The notes below the pieces were generated by a model. The model worked only from the letters and a program-made list of their open reading frames with translations, searched no databases and had not been told where the DNA came from. A program made the position numbers and the translations under genes. DNA of 64,000 nucleotides, taken from assembly GCA_964617585.1 (NCBI GenBank), contig CAZTXS010000007.1, forward strand, positions 11,446 through 75,445, given 5' to 3'. The stretch is from an uncultured Ruminococcus sp. (GTDB lineage Bacteria > Bacillota > Clostridia > Oscillospirales > Ruminococcaceae). Of this stretch, positions 11,342 through 20,993 are shown one piece after another. Position 1 is the stretch's first letter. Each line of letters opens with the position of its first letter.

Positions 11342-11389
11342 ATCAATATCTCCTTTGTAAATATTTATTGCCGCCACGGACATTATTAC

Positions 11390-12097
11390 TTATTTTACTA
11401 CCTTTGTGCCTACCGATTCTCCCATGCACGCTCTGAAAATATTCTCAGGGTCTGCAAGGTCGAAAACATATATCGGAATATTGTTATCCTTGCACATAGC
11501 CGCCGCAGTTGAATCCATAACCTGCAATCCCTTTGACAGAATCTCATTAAACGATATTTCATCATATCTTACAGCGTTGTCGAACTTGTGCGGATCTTTG
11601 TCATATACCCCGTCAACCATCGTCGCTTTGAAAAATATATCAGCTTCAATTTCCGCCGCTCTCAAAGCTGCCGCTGTGTCCGTAGAAAAGAACGGATTTC
11701 CCGTTCCGCAGCCGAATATAACTACTCTGCCCTTTTCAAAATGACGCATTGCACGGTTTCTTATATAAGGTTCTGCAACCGCCGGCATTGAAATAGCCGT
11801 CTGAACTCTTACCTCTAAACCGCAGTTTTCCAAACCGTCGGCAACCGCCAGAGCGTTCATTGCAGTAGCAAGCATTCCGATATGGTCGGCTCTGGTTCTG
11901 TCCATCGCTCCGCTTGAGCGTCCGCGCCAGAAGTTTCCTCCGCCGACTACTATACCGACCTCTACTCCTGCGTCAACGCATTTTTTTATTGCACGTCCGA
12001 ACGATGTTATAACCTCATAATCAAGACCCATCTGCTTGTCGCCTGACAATGCTTCGCCGCTCAGCTTGAGTAAGATTCTGTTATATTTCGGTTTCAC
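11390..12097 (-). CDS. pyrH: UMP kinase
   Basis: [13 protein letters not shown]...GGGNFWRG amino-acid kinase fold, in the conserved pyrH-frr order. Confidence 0.9.
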   Translation of the reverse strand: MKPKYNRILLKLSGEALSGDKQMGLDYEVITSFGRAIKKCVDAGVEVGIVVGGGNFWRGRSSGAMDRTRADHIGMLATAMNALAVADGLENCGLEVRVQTAISMPAVAEPYIRNRAMRHFEKGRVVIFGCGTGNPFFSTDTAAALRAAEIEADIFFKATMVDGVYDKDPHKFDNAVRYDEISFNEILSKGLQVMDSTAAAMCKDNNIPIYVFDLADPENIFRACMGESVGTKVVK

Positions 12098-12163
12098 ACA
12101 AACACATCCTTTATTCTATTTTATTATTTTAAAGTATAACACAAACAGCCTGAAAAGTAAACA

Positions 12164-12192
12164 TAAAAAACAAGGATGCAAAAAATGCATCC
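12164..12192 (-). terminator. Rho-independent terminator downstream of pyrG and repeat copy C1
   Basis: On the reverse strand: GGATGCA-TTTTT-TGCATCC stem-loop followed by TTGTTTTTT. Confidence 0.55.
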
Positions 12193-12203
12193 CTTTACTG
12201 AAT

Positions 12204-12346
12204 TTCAATAAGAGCTTGCCCGTTATTCAACGCGGCAAGGGTCGGCATTTCCGACCGGCCGGTCAGTAGGGGATTGTATCTCGCTGCTGATCGGCTAATG
12301 AAACCCGCCGCCTATAGAGGCGGGGACATCTTGACTTAGTTATAAT
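12204..12346 (+). repeat. Modular intergenic repeat, copy C1 (L-M1-M2-R); the consensus reads on the + strand
   Basis: TTCAATAAGAGCTTGCCCGTTATTCAACGCGGCAAGGGTCGGCATTTCCGACCGGCCGGTCAGTAGGGGATTGTATCTCGCTGCTGATCGGCTAATGAAACCCGCCGCCTATAGAGGCGGGGACATCTTGACTTAGTTATAAT. It lies between the pyrG stop and its terminator. Confidence 0.9.
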
Positions 12347-12383
12347 TGAATATGCTTTCAAACAACCTGAAGCAGGTATCAAA

Positions 12384-14048
<1,665 letters not shown>

Positions 14049-14061
14049 CTAATTCGCTCAA

Positions 14062-14207
14062 TTCAATAAGGGCTTGCCCGTCATTCAATACGGCAAGGGT
14101 CGGCGCAGTGCCGACCGGCCGTTCAGTAGGGGATTGTATCCAGCTACTGAACGGGTAACGAAATCCGCCGCCTATAGAGGCGGTGGACATTTTGCCTTAG
14201 TTATATT
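14062..14207 (+). repeat. Modular intergenic repeat, copy C2 (L-M1-M2-R); the consensus reads on the + strand
   Basis: TTCAATAAGGGCTTGCCCGTCATTCAATACGGCAAGGGTCGGCGCAGTGCCGACCGGCCGTTCAGTAGGGGATTGTATCCAGCTACTGAACGGGTAACGAAATCCGCCGCCTATAGAGGCGGTGGACATTTTGCCTTAGTTATATT. It lies between the predicted pyrG promoter and pyrG. Confidence 0.9.
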
Positions 14208-14218
14208 ATTCAATTAAT

Positions 14219-14247
14219 ATTCTAACAAATTTCGATTTAAATTGCAA
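14219..14247 (-). promoter_or_regulatory. Predicted sigma-A promoter of pyrG
   Basis: On the reverse strand: TTGCAA (14247..14242), a 17-nt spacer, then TAGAAT (14224..14219). The predicted start site falls about 5 nt before the end of repeat copy C2. Confidence 0.4.
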
Positions 14248-14529
14248 TAGTGTGTTTCTCTAAATTATTTTTAAATTAAAAAAGGAAAGCTCTTTTAAAG
14301 CTTTCCATAAACAAACTTTAATAAATTAGCGCAATACGACGTCAAAAAGGGATAACCCCTTTTTGACAACGCAATGCTCCCCGTCTATAATTTTAAGTGA
14401 TCCCAAAAGGCTCCCTTTATACTTTAAGCGTTAAAAGCCGCAAAAAGTTTCATGGTTTTATATTTTTTGTACAAATGCACAAAAACAGATAAAATATTCT
14501 ATGCAAATTGATAATAAAAGTTATATTTA

Positions 14530-14558
14530 TTGAAGAAAGTTAAAAATTATGGTATAAT
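14530..14558 (+). promoter_or_regulatory. Predicted sigma-A promoter of the prepilin peptidase gene
   Basis: TTGAAG, a 17-nt spacer, then an extended -10 TGgTATAAT. Confidence 0.5.
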
Positions 14559-14589
14559 AAATATATATTTTTAACGGGAGTTGAAACAA

Positions 14590-15369
14590 ATGGCAGTTTA
14601 TTTTTGTTATATGGCTGTATATTTTATAATTTTTATCTTCGGTGCTTGTATCGGAAGCTTTTTAAACGTCTGTATAATTAGGCTTCCGTCCGACGAATCT
14701 ATTGTCAAAAGCTCTTCTCACTGTATGACCTGCGGCGAGAAAATAAAAAAGCGGGATTTAATCCCTATACTTAGCTGGTGCGTTCTGAAGGGCAAATGCA
14801 GAAGCTGTGGAGCTGACATAAGTCCTCGTTACACTGTTATCGAGCTTTTAAACGCCGTGCTTTACGTTATTACCTTCACAGTATTCGGTTTTTCAAGCAA
14901 TCCGTTTCTTCCCGCTGTTATCTGCCTGCTTCTAAGCTGTCTTATAATAGTATTCTTTATGGATCTTGATACTCAGACAATTAATACCGGAGTTCTTATA
15001 GCAATCGCCGTTTTAGGAGTTGCAAGATTCTTTTTAGTCGGGGATTTATCCTGGCAGAGCCATCTGATAGGAGCGTTTTGCATATCCATACCGTTTCTGA
15101 TTATAGTTTTAGCATCTCGTGAACGAGCAATGGGACTGGGAGATGCAATACTAATGTTCTCCGCAGGGTTGGTTCTGGGAGTCAAAGCTATCATAATCGC
15201 CGCATTTATAGGACTTATTTTAGGCTGTGTTGCCGGACTTATTCAAAAGCGCCGAACAGGAAGCAATAAATTCGCTTTCGGACCTTGGCTGTCTGTCGGA
15301 ATCGCAATAAGCGCTTTCTTCGGTACACAGCTTGCAGACTTATATCTGACCGTTTCGGGGATTAAATAA
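14590..15369 (+). CDS. Prepilin peptidase (A24 family, PilD/ComC-like)
   Basis: N-terminal Cys-rich zinc region (CMTCGEKI...CRSCG) and a polytopic A24 domain with conserved Asp (FFMDLD, GLGDA). ATG 14590 has GGGAG 9 nt upstream, whereas the track starts at TTG 14581. Confidence 0.8.
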   Translation: MAVYFCYMAVYFIIFIFGACIGSFLNVCIIRLPSDESIVKSSSHCMTCGEKIKKRDLIPILSWCVLKGKCRSCGADISPRYTVIELLNAVLYVITFTVFGFSSNPFLPAVICLLLSCLIIVFFMDLDTQTINTGVLIAIAVLGVARFFLVGDLSWQSHLIGAFCISIPFLIIVLASRERAMGLGDAILMFSAGLVLGVKAIIIAAFIGLILGCVAGLIQKRRTGSNKFAFGPWLSVGIAISAFFGTQLADLYLTVSGIK

Positions 15370-15421
15370 ATTACATAACAAAAAGTCCGCTTAATTATTA
15401 AGTGAATTCAGCTTATCGAAA

Positions 15422-15458
15422 AAACTCGCAAATCAATATAGATTTACGAGTTTTTATC
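15422..15458 (+). terminator. Rho-independent terminator after the prepilin peptidase gene
   Basis: AAACTCGCAAATC...GATTTACGAGTTT stem with one mismatch, followed by TTTAT. Confidence 0.45.
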
Positions 15459-15536
15459 TTGATGCGTTCCGCAGTTCCACAAACTATCCTTTTTTACAAA
15501 CTTTTCAAAGGCGGAGTGAATCCAACGTCACGTTGG

Positions 15537-16808
15537 CTATTCTCTTATCTGTCCGTCGCCGTTAATTAAATACTTTGTGGTTGTCAGTTCTTTAAGTCCC
15601 ATAGGACCTCTTGCATGAAGCTTCTGAGTTGAAATTCCTATTTCGGCGCCCAGACCGAACTCCTCACCGTCGGTGAAGCGTGTTGAACAGTTTACATAAA
15701 CCGCCGAAGAATCTATCTGCCTCTGAAACTCCTCGGCTGAGAAAAGACTTTCGGTAACTATACACTCCGAATGTCCGGTTGAATATCTGTCTATATGTTC
15801 AATAGCCTGCGACAAATCGTCAACCACCCGAACAGCGATTATGTAATCGAGAAACTCTTTTTCATAATCATCCTCAGTTGCCGGAACAACGTCATTTCCG
15901 AGTATCATTCGGGTCATCCGGCAGCCTCTTATCTCAACATTTTTTTCATCCAAACGGCTTTTGAGAACAGGTAGAAACTCCTCCGCAATATTTCTGTGAA
16001 CAAGACAGGTTTCAATAGCATTGCATACGCTCGGACGTGAACATTTTCCGTTATATACAATATCAGCCGCCATTCTCAAATCCGCAGAATCATCAACATA
16101 CACATGGCAGTTACCGACTCCCGTCTGAATAACAGGCACCGTAGCATTCTCAATAACTGCATTTATAAGTCCGCTGCCGCCCCTTGGAACTAAAACGTCG
16201 ATATATTTATTAAGCTTCATCATTTCCATAACGACTTCTCTTGAAGTATCGGGAACTATCTGGATTATGTTTTCATCAAGACCTGTCTTGGCAACAGCCT
16301 CACGCATGATTTCGGCAAGAATTCTGTTTGAGTTTACAGCTTCTTTTCCGCCCCTGAGAATAACTGCGTTGCCGCTTTTTAAGCATAAAGCCGCAGCGTC
16401 AACAGTAACATTAGGACGCGACTCATAAATAATTCCGACAACTCCTAAAGGAACGCTCACCTTCTGGATTTTCATACCGTTCGGGCGAACCGAACCGCTT
16501 TGAACCACACCTACAGGATCCTCTAAATTTGTGAGATTGACGCAGGCTTTTGATATTCCCAAAATCCTGCTTTCAGTTAATGTCAGCCTGTCTATCATTG
16601 CGTCCGACATTCCGTTTTCACGAGCTTTTTGGATATCTACAGCGTTTTCTTCAATAATTTTTTCCATCGAGCGCTCTAAAGCATATGAAATTTCAAGCAG
16701 AGCGTCATTTTTCTGTACTGTGGTTGCCGACGCTATGCTTTTCTTTGCGATATTTGCTTTTTTACCCAGTCTCTCAATCAGGCTTTCAAATTCTATAAAG
16801 TTATTCAT
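15537..16808 (-). CDS. proA: Glutamate-5-semialdehyde dehydrogenase (gamma-glutamyl phosphate reductase)
   Basis: Aldehyde-dehydrogenase-fold ProA signature (IYESRPNVT, GNCHVYVD, VNCSTRFTDG). It lies downstream of proB. Confidence 0.9.
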   Translation of the reverse strand: MNNFIEFESLIERLGKKANIAKKSIASATTVQKNDALLEISYALERSMEKIIEENAVDIQKARENGMSDAMIDRLTLTESRILGISKACVNLTNLEDPVGVVQSGSVRPNGMKIQKVSVPLGVVGIIYESRPNVTVDAAALCLKSGNAVILRGGKEAVNSNRILAEIMREAVAKTGLDENIIQIVPDTSREVVMEMMKLNKYIDVLVPRGGSGLINAVIENATVPVIQTGVGNCHVYVDDSADLRMAADIVYNGKCSRPSVCNAIETCLVHRNIAEEFLPVLKSRLDEKNVEIRGCRMTRMILGNDVVPATEDDYEKEFLDYIIAVRVVDDLSQAIEHIDRYSTGHSECIVTESLFSAEEFQRQIDSSAVYVNCSTRFTDGEEFGLGAEIGISTQKLHARGPMGLKELTTTKYLINGDGQIRE

Positions 16809-16827
16809 GACGTTCCCTCTCTTTTAG

Positions 16828-17619
16828 TTATTGTTTAGCCACAAATCTTGTGCCTACCTGCTCTCCGTCAAATAAGTTGTATAGCTTTTCAGGGGTTCTT
16901 CCATTCATGATAACCGTATCTATCCCTGACTGAGCAGCAATTTCAGCCGCTTTTATTTTAGTTGTCATGCCGCCCTTTCCGAGGTTAGAACCTGCTCCCC
17001 CCGCAGCAGATTTTATGCTGCTGTCTATGTTTTTGACTATCGGTATGAGCCTTGCGTTTTGTTTTTCAATAGGATTTCCATCAAACAATCCGTCAATATC
17101 CGAAAGTATAACTAAAGCATCTGCTTTTGCAACAGAAGCTATTGTTGCCGCCAATGAGTCGTTCTCTCCCATTTCAAGCTCCAGCTCATCAATTGCTACA
17201 GTGTCGTTTTCATTTACAATCGGTATAACTCCCTGCTCCAACAGCTTGTTCACCGCATTTACTACGTTTGACTTTCTTTCCTCCAGAAAAATATACTTTG
17301 TCAGAAGAAGCTGAGCCACAACGATATTATACTCGCCGAACATCTTGTCGTACATATACATAAGCTCGCACTGTCCTACTGCGGCAAGAGCCTGCTTTGA
17401 CGGAGTGTCTGACGGTTTTTTAACATATCCGAGCTTTCCCATTCCAAGCCCCATTGCTCCGCTTGAAACTAATATAATCTCTTTGCCTGCGTTCGCCAAA
17501 TCAGCAAGAATCTTAACAAGCCTTTCAACACGTCTTATATTAAGCTTTCCTGTCTTATGTGCAAGAGTTGAAGTACCAACCTTAACAACAACTCTTTTTG
17601 CGTCTTTAAAATTTTTCAT
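16828..17619 (-). CDS. proB: Glutamate 5-kinase (short form without a PUA domain)
   Basis: VVKVGTSTL...VSSGA...NENDT amino-acid kinase motifs. At 263 aa, the C-terminal PUA domain of long ProB proteins is absent. Confidence 0.85.
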   Translation of the reverse strand: MKNFKDAKRVVVKVGTSTLAHKTGKLNIRRVERLVKILADLANAGKEIILVSSGAMGLGMGKLGYVKKPSDTPSKQALAAVGQCELMYMYDKMFGEYNIVVAQLLLTKYIFLEERKSNVVNAVNKLLEQGVIPIVNENDTVAIDELELEMGENDSLAATIASVAKADALVILSDIDGLFDGNPIEKQNARLIPIVKNIDSSIKSAAGGAGSNLGKGGMTTKIKAAEIAAQSGIDTVIMNGRTPEKLYNLFDGEQVGTRFVAKQ

Positions 17620-17643
17620 TTTACTTCCCTTTTATTAAAAAAA

Positions 17644-18636
17644 TTATTTATTAACCTGATTTATAGGTTTCCCGTCCAAATAAGCCTTTAGATTCTCTGC
17701 AACAGCATTAACAAGACGTTCTCTCGTTTGCTTAGGCGCCCACGCTATATGCGGCGTAATTGTTATGTTTTCAGCCTTTCTGAGCGGACAATCCTCTCTC
17801 ATCGGCTCATCGGTAATTACATCCAGGCTTGCGTGAGCTATAATGCCGCCGTTTAAAGCGTCGGTTAAATCCCGTTCGTTTATTACTCCGCCTCTCGAAG
17901 TGTTTACAAGAAGCGCCGTATTTTTCATAAGCGAAAGCGTCTTTTTATTAATAAGCTCTTTTGTTTCTTCGTTGAGAGGACAATGTAAGGTTACAATATC
18001 CGAACGGCTAAGAAGCTCTTTAAGACTGCAAAACTCTAAATCATCGTTATTTATATTATTGTCCTTTTTAAATTCCTCAACCTTTGAAGCGGTTCTTGTA
18101 AAAACCGAAACCTTCATACCGAAAGCAAGACTGAGCTTTGCAACCTGACGTCCTATGTCACCGAAACCGACTATGCCGATCCTCAAACCGCTTATTTCAA
18201 AAATAGGTATGTAGAAATATGAAAAAAGCTTGTAATTTACCCAATCCCCGTTGTCAACAGTTTCAGAATAATCTGAAACTCGGTTAAAATAATCAAGTAT
18301 CAACGCAAACGTATGCTGTGCAACCGATTTAGTCGAATATGCAGGAACATTGCATACAACAGCTCCATGATGCTTTGCAGCTTCAATATCAACATTATTA
18401 TAGCCTGTTGCAAAAAGACCTATATACTTTAAATTCGGACAGGCTTCAAAAACCTCCTTGGTTATCATGCACTTGTTGCATATAACCCCGTCGCAGCCGC
18501 CAATTCTTTCTACTATCTCATCAGGCGAAGTATAACCGTATACAACAGTATCTGCCAGAGATGTTATCTCCTCAAGAGAAATATCGTTTTTTGATACCGT
18601 TTCTGAATCAAGTATGCATAATTTCATTTTACTCAT
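17644..18636 (-). CDS. D-isomer-specific 2-hydroxyacid dehydrogenase family protein (glycerate/hydroxypyruvate reductase-like)
   Basis: GIVGFGDIGRQVA Rossmann motif, the RGGVINERDL and DV...EP catalytic region, and a HIAW histidine. Confidence 0.75.
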   Translation of the reverse strand: MSKMKLCILDSETVSKNDISLEEITSLADTVVYGYTSPDEIVERIGGCDGVICNKCMITKEVFEACPNLKYIGLFATGYNNVDIEAAKHHGAVVCNVPAYSTKSVAQHTFALILDYFNRVSDYSETVDNGDWVNYKLFSYFYIPIFEISGLRIGIVGFGDIGRQVAKLSLAFGMKVSVFTRTASKVEEFKKDNNINNDDLEFCSLKELLSRSDIVTLHCPLNEETKELINKKTLSLMKNTALLVNTSRGGVINERDLTDALNGGIIAHASLDVITDEPMREDCPLRKAENITITPHIAWAPKQTRERLVNAVAENLKAYLDGKPINQVNK

Positions 18637-19051
18637 TGCCGTCTAACTCGTTAAACTCGCTGTCGAACGCATTATCTAAAATCTCTTTTTCAGATATTTC
18701 TTCTTTCTTTTCACGTTCCTTCTGCTGACGAATCATGTCGGCTTTTTCTTTTCTCTTACGGCGAGCAGACGTTTTGTTATTTATATAATTCAAAACTATA
18801 TCAATTATACAGCCTAAAATCAGCAATAATTCTACAATTTCAAGTATCAAAATGAACTTTTCATTTTCATATGCAAAATGCGTCGAAAGCGTAGCGTCAA
18901 CCGCTAATGCCGCCAAAAGATAACTCACTCTGTTCTTTCTGAAAAACTGTACCAAAAAAACTACTGTAGCAAATATGCATAATGCCAAATGAATACCGAA
19001 CGGCAAAGGTGTATACACGTTCTGCAATCCTACCTGCTCTGTAAATATCAT
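18629..19051 (-). CDS. Hypothetical small membrane protein with a Lys/Glu-rich C-terminal tail
   Basis: Three predicted TM helices followed by SARRKRKEKADMIRQQKEREKKEE. It overlaps the next gene by 8 nt. No family recognised. Confidence 0.4.
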   Translation of the reverse strand: MIFTEQVGLQNVYTPLPFGIHLALCIFATVVFLVQFFRKNRVSYLLAALAVDATLSTHFAYENEKFILILEIVELLLILGCIIDIVLNYINNKTSARRKRKEKADMIRQQKEREKKEEISEKEILDNAFDSEFNELDGNE

Positions 19052-19129
19052 TATAAAATCTCCTTCAAATCAGCCTTATTAACAGTTTAATTAGATGAAA
19101 TCTTTAATTCTGTATTAAACGTTTAATTC

Positions 19130-19158
19130 ATTATAATATATAAATTTATGGATTGCAA
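19130..19158 (-). promoter_or_regulatory. Predicted sigma-A promoter of the 19051-15537 operon (membrane protein, dehydrogenase, proB, proA)
   Basis: On the reverse strand: TTGCAA, a 17-nt spacer, then TATAAT. The -35 box is embedded in the GATTGCA..TGCAATC inverted repeat. Confidence 0.45.
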
Positions 19159-19231
19159 GCAAATGCAATCTATTTTAAGTTAATTTTTACATATTCTTTA
19201 TTTTCGCCGTCCCCTATCCGAAACGTTTCTG

Positions 19232-19272
19232 TATAAAACGCCCTCCGTCGCTGATTAATGCGCCGGAGGGCG
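19232..19272 (-). terminator. Hairpin with a reverse-strand T-run (possible terminator downstream of repeat copy C3)
   Basis: CGCCCTCCG...CGGAGGGCG 9-bp stem, followed on the reverse strand by TTTTATA. Confidence 0.4.
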
Positions 19273-19337
19273 TACTCGCACCTTTCTTACGAACACAGAT
19301 TTAATGATATTTTTATCTATGTTTATTAGATATAATA

Positions 19338-19426
19338 TCATTCGACACGGCAAGGGTAGGCATTGCCGACCGGGTAATGGAATCCGCCGCTTATAGAGGC
19401 GGAGGACGTCTTGCCTAAGTTATATG
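19338..19426 (+). repeat. Modular intergenic repeat, copy C3 (truncated L, M1, R; no M2); the consensus reads on the + strand
   Basis: TCATTCGACACGGCAAGGGTAGGCATTGCCGACCGGGTAATGGAATCCGCCGCTTATAGAGGCGGAGGACGTCTTGCCTAAGTTATATG. The L hairpin is missing, and the copy is preceded by TATAAT. Confidence 0.85.
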
Positions 19427-19496
19427 TTTGATTTCAAGCGCTTATATATGTCGAAATTTGATGAAAAATATATGTCTTAATTTTTTCTCAAAGCAC

Positions 19497-19525
19497 TTGA
19501 CAATTTAAAGCTTATGTGGTATATT
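19497..19525 (+). promoter_or_regulatory. Strong orphan sigma-A promoter
   Basis: TTGACA (19497..19502), a 17-nt spacer, then an extended -10 TGgTATATT (19520..19525). No protein gene lies downstream on this strand. Confidence 0.5.
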
Positions 19526-19531
19526 AATAAT

Positions 19532-19600
19532 TGAAAAATCACATTCTTTCATGTATAATATTAGGCTTTAGCCCTGTACGATTCCCGTGCAGGGCTTTTG
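19532..19600 (+). ncRNA. Candidate small RNA of about 70 nt (orphan promoter plus intrinsic terminator)
   Basis: The predicted start is near 19532. An 11-bp terminator stem (AGCCCTGTACG / CGTGCAGGGCT, 19570..19596) is followed by TTTT. The only ORF inside is 6 codons long and has no SD. Confidence 0.3.
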
Positions 19601-19683
19601 CTGTATAAAAAAACAAAGTCCCGAAAAATAGGGGCTTTGTTTTACATTAATTTTGAATAAAATCGTGTAAAAAACGTGTACGA

Positions 19684-19716
19684 TAAAAAATACCGCCCTA
19701 TTTTAGGGCGGTATTG
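19684..19716 (-). terminator. Rho-independent terminator of the tRNA cluster
   Basis: ATACCGCCCTA-AAAA-TAGGGCGGTAT stem-loop followed on the reverse strand by TTTTTTA, immediately 3' of tRNA-Tyr. Confidence 0.6.
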
Positions 19717-19722
19717 CGTTTT

Positions 19723-19807
19723 TGGTGGAAGAGGGTGGATTCGAACCACCGAAGCATAAAGCAACAGATTTACAGTCTGCCCCCTTTGGCCACTCGGGAA
19801 CTCTTCC
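19723..19807 (-). tRNA. tRNA-Tyr (anticodon GTA), type II with a long variable arm, CCA encoded
   Basis: The reverse complement is GGAAGAGTTCCCGAGTGGCCAAAGGGGGCAGACTGTAAATCTGTTGCTTTATGCTTCGGTGGTTCGAATCCACCCTCTTCCACCA. It has a 7-bp acceptor stem, anticodon loop CTGTAAA, and T-loop TTCGAAT. Confidence 0.9.
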
Positions 19808-19838
19808 GTATTAACTTAAATATTAATATTAATGAATA

Positions 19839-19867
19839 ATATCACAAAATGGAGCTGGTGGACGGAC
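19839..19867. repeat. 29-nt perfect duplicate of the tRNA-Thr 3' end plus 11 nt of its downstream flank (second copy at 20023..20051)
   Basis: ATATCACAAAATGGAGCTGGTGGACGGAC occurs at 19839..19867 and at 20023..20051. No tRNA 5' half accompanies the first copy. Confidence 0.85.
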
Positions 19868-20033
19868 AACGCTATGCATCTGCGTCTTGCTCCTAAAGTC
19901 GCTGCGACCAAAAAGCTAAAAGCTTGACACTGTCAACCTTTATTAACGCTTTTTGCCCTCTCAGGGTTCGAGTCCTTACTTTAAGTTATATAAAATAAAA
20001 CTTTTAAACTCTGAGCGACTTCATATCACAAAA

Positions 20034-20109
20034 TGGAGCTGGTGGACGGACTCGAACCCCCGACCTGCTGATTACAAATCAGCTGCTCTACCAACTGAGC
20101 TACACCAGC
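20034..20109 (-). tRNA. tRNA-Thr (anticodon TGT), CCA encoded
   Basis: The reverse complement is GCTGGTGTAGCTCAGTTGGTAGAGCAGCTGATTTGTAATCAGCAGGTCGGGGGTTCGAGTCCGTCCACCAGCTCCA. The cloverleaf has anticodon loop TTTGTAA and one G-G mismatch in the T stem. Confidence 0.85.
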
Positions 20110-20127
20110 TTAAATAACGCAAGGTTG

Positions 20128-20156
20128 ATTATAACATAGTCTAAACAAGTTGTCAA
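20128..20156 (-). promoter_or_regulatory. Predicted sigma-A promoter upstream of tRNA-Thr
   Basis: On the reverse strand: TTGACA (20156..20151), a 17-nt spacer, then TATAAT (20133..20128), about 18 nt before the mature 5' end. Confidence 0.55.
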
Positions 20157-20249
20157 GACATTAAATACAAAAAATACCTGATTTTTTTACTACCAGCAAT
20201 TAATTTAATAAAAGTTAAAATGTAAAACTAGATGCAACGTCACCGTTGC

Positions 20250-20326
20250 TGGTCGGGATGACAGGACTTGAACCTGCGGCATCTTGGTCCCAAACCAAGC
20301 ACTCTACCAAACTGAGTTACATCCCG
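20250..20326 (-). tRNA. tRNA-Pro (anticodon TGG), CCA encoded
   Basis: The reverse complement is CGGGATGTAACTCAGTTTGGTAGAGTGCTTGGTTTGGGACCAAGATGCCGCAGGTTCAAGTCCTGTCATCCCGACCA, with anticodon loop TTTGGGA. Confidence 0.9.
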
Positions 20327-20380
20327 ATCTATGTTAAGCCAAGCAGTGAAAAATAATACACACCATTTGACAGCTTTATA

Positions 20381-20409
20381 ATTATAAAGTATTAATTTCG
20401 CTTTGTCAA
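20381..20409 (-). promoter_or_regulatory. Predicted sigma-A promoter upstream of tRNA-Pro
   Basis: On the reverse strand: TTGACA (20409..20404), a 17-nt spacer, then TATAAT (20386..20381). Confidence 0.55.
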
Positions 20410-20451
20410 GACTTTTTTCAAAAAATAAAAAATAATTTTTTCACTAAACTA

Positions 20452-20480
20452 TTGACAAATCATATTATATGTAATATACT
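20452..20480 (+). promoter_or_regulatory. Predicted sigma-A promoter of the leuA T-box leader
   Basis: TTGACA, a 17-nt spacer, then TATACT. Confidence 0.5.
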
Positions 20481-20487
20481 ATATTTA

Positions 20488-20759
20488 CTTAATATTTTAA
20501 ATGCGTTGATAGGAAACAAAAGTTTTTATTTCTGTGCAAAGAGAGTCGGCGGCAGGTGTAAGGCGGCGTCAGAGAAAAGCTATAACTCATCCTTGAGCAG
20601 GTGCGGTGAATCATATAATTAGCTTCACACGGGTACTCCCGTTACAGAGAAACACATTGTTCGATGTGGCTGAGGTGCACAGCGTAAGCTGTACATGAAT
20701 GAGAGTGGTAACACGGGTATTATGCTCGTCTCTGGTTTTTATCGGAGACGAGCGTTTTT
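20488..20759 (+). promoter_or_regulatory. T-box riboswitch leader, probable Leu specifier (CTC)
   Basis: Stem I elements AGAGAG and GGTGTAA, and a candidate specifier CTC followed by A (ATAACTCATCC). The T-box sequence is AGAGTGGTAACACGGG. The terminator GCTCGTCTC...GAGACGAGC is followed by GTTTTT. Confidence 0.75.
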
Positions 20760-20903
20760 AATTAGTTGCTGCTTTTCAGTCTGCATTTGAAGCGAAGGGA
20801 GCAGGCGTAATGATATGCATAATGCTTAACAGGTTTTTTGAAATCAGTGAAAAATGGTTATTTGATCGACTATGTACTTATATTAAACACGCTGATAAAG
20901 TTG

Positions 20904-20931
20904 TTCAATAGGGCTTGCCCGTCATTATAAA
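20904..20931 (+). repeat. Solo L-box of the repeat family (copy La)
   Basis: TTCAATAGGGCTTGCCCGTCATTATAAA. It lies between the T-box terminator and the leuA start, in sense orientation. Confidence 0.8.
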
Positions 20932-20993
20932 CAATAACGAAATTTTATTAGCAGGGAATACCTGCGTATATAATTTATAAGGAGGATTTATAT

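Noticed and set aside
19868-20022. Possible extra tRNA, tmRNA or tRNA-like gene between tRNA-Thr and tRNA-Tyr (T-loop-like GGGTTCGAGTCC, and an acceptor 3' end with CCA).
   Set aside because: No complementary acceptor 5' strand, D-arm or anticodon arm can be drawn on either strand, and no tmRNA tag ORF is evident. It is interpreted as a duplicated tRNA 3' fragment plus a scar.
20810-20911. A 33-codon ORF (MICIMLNRFFEISEKWLFDRLCTYIKHADKVVQ) with AAGGGAG 8 nt upstream, lying between the Leu T-box terminator and leuA and ending inside the solo L-box.
   Set aside because: It is not Leu-rich, so it is not a leader peptide. It has no recognisable family and could easily arise by chance in 230 nt of AT-rich spacer. 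It is kept only as a note, and ribosome profiling could revisit it.
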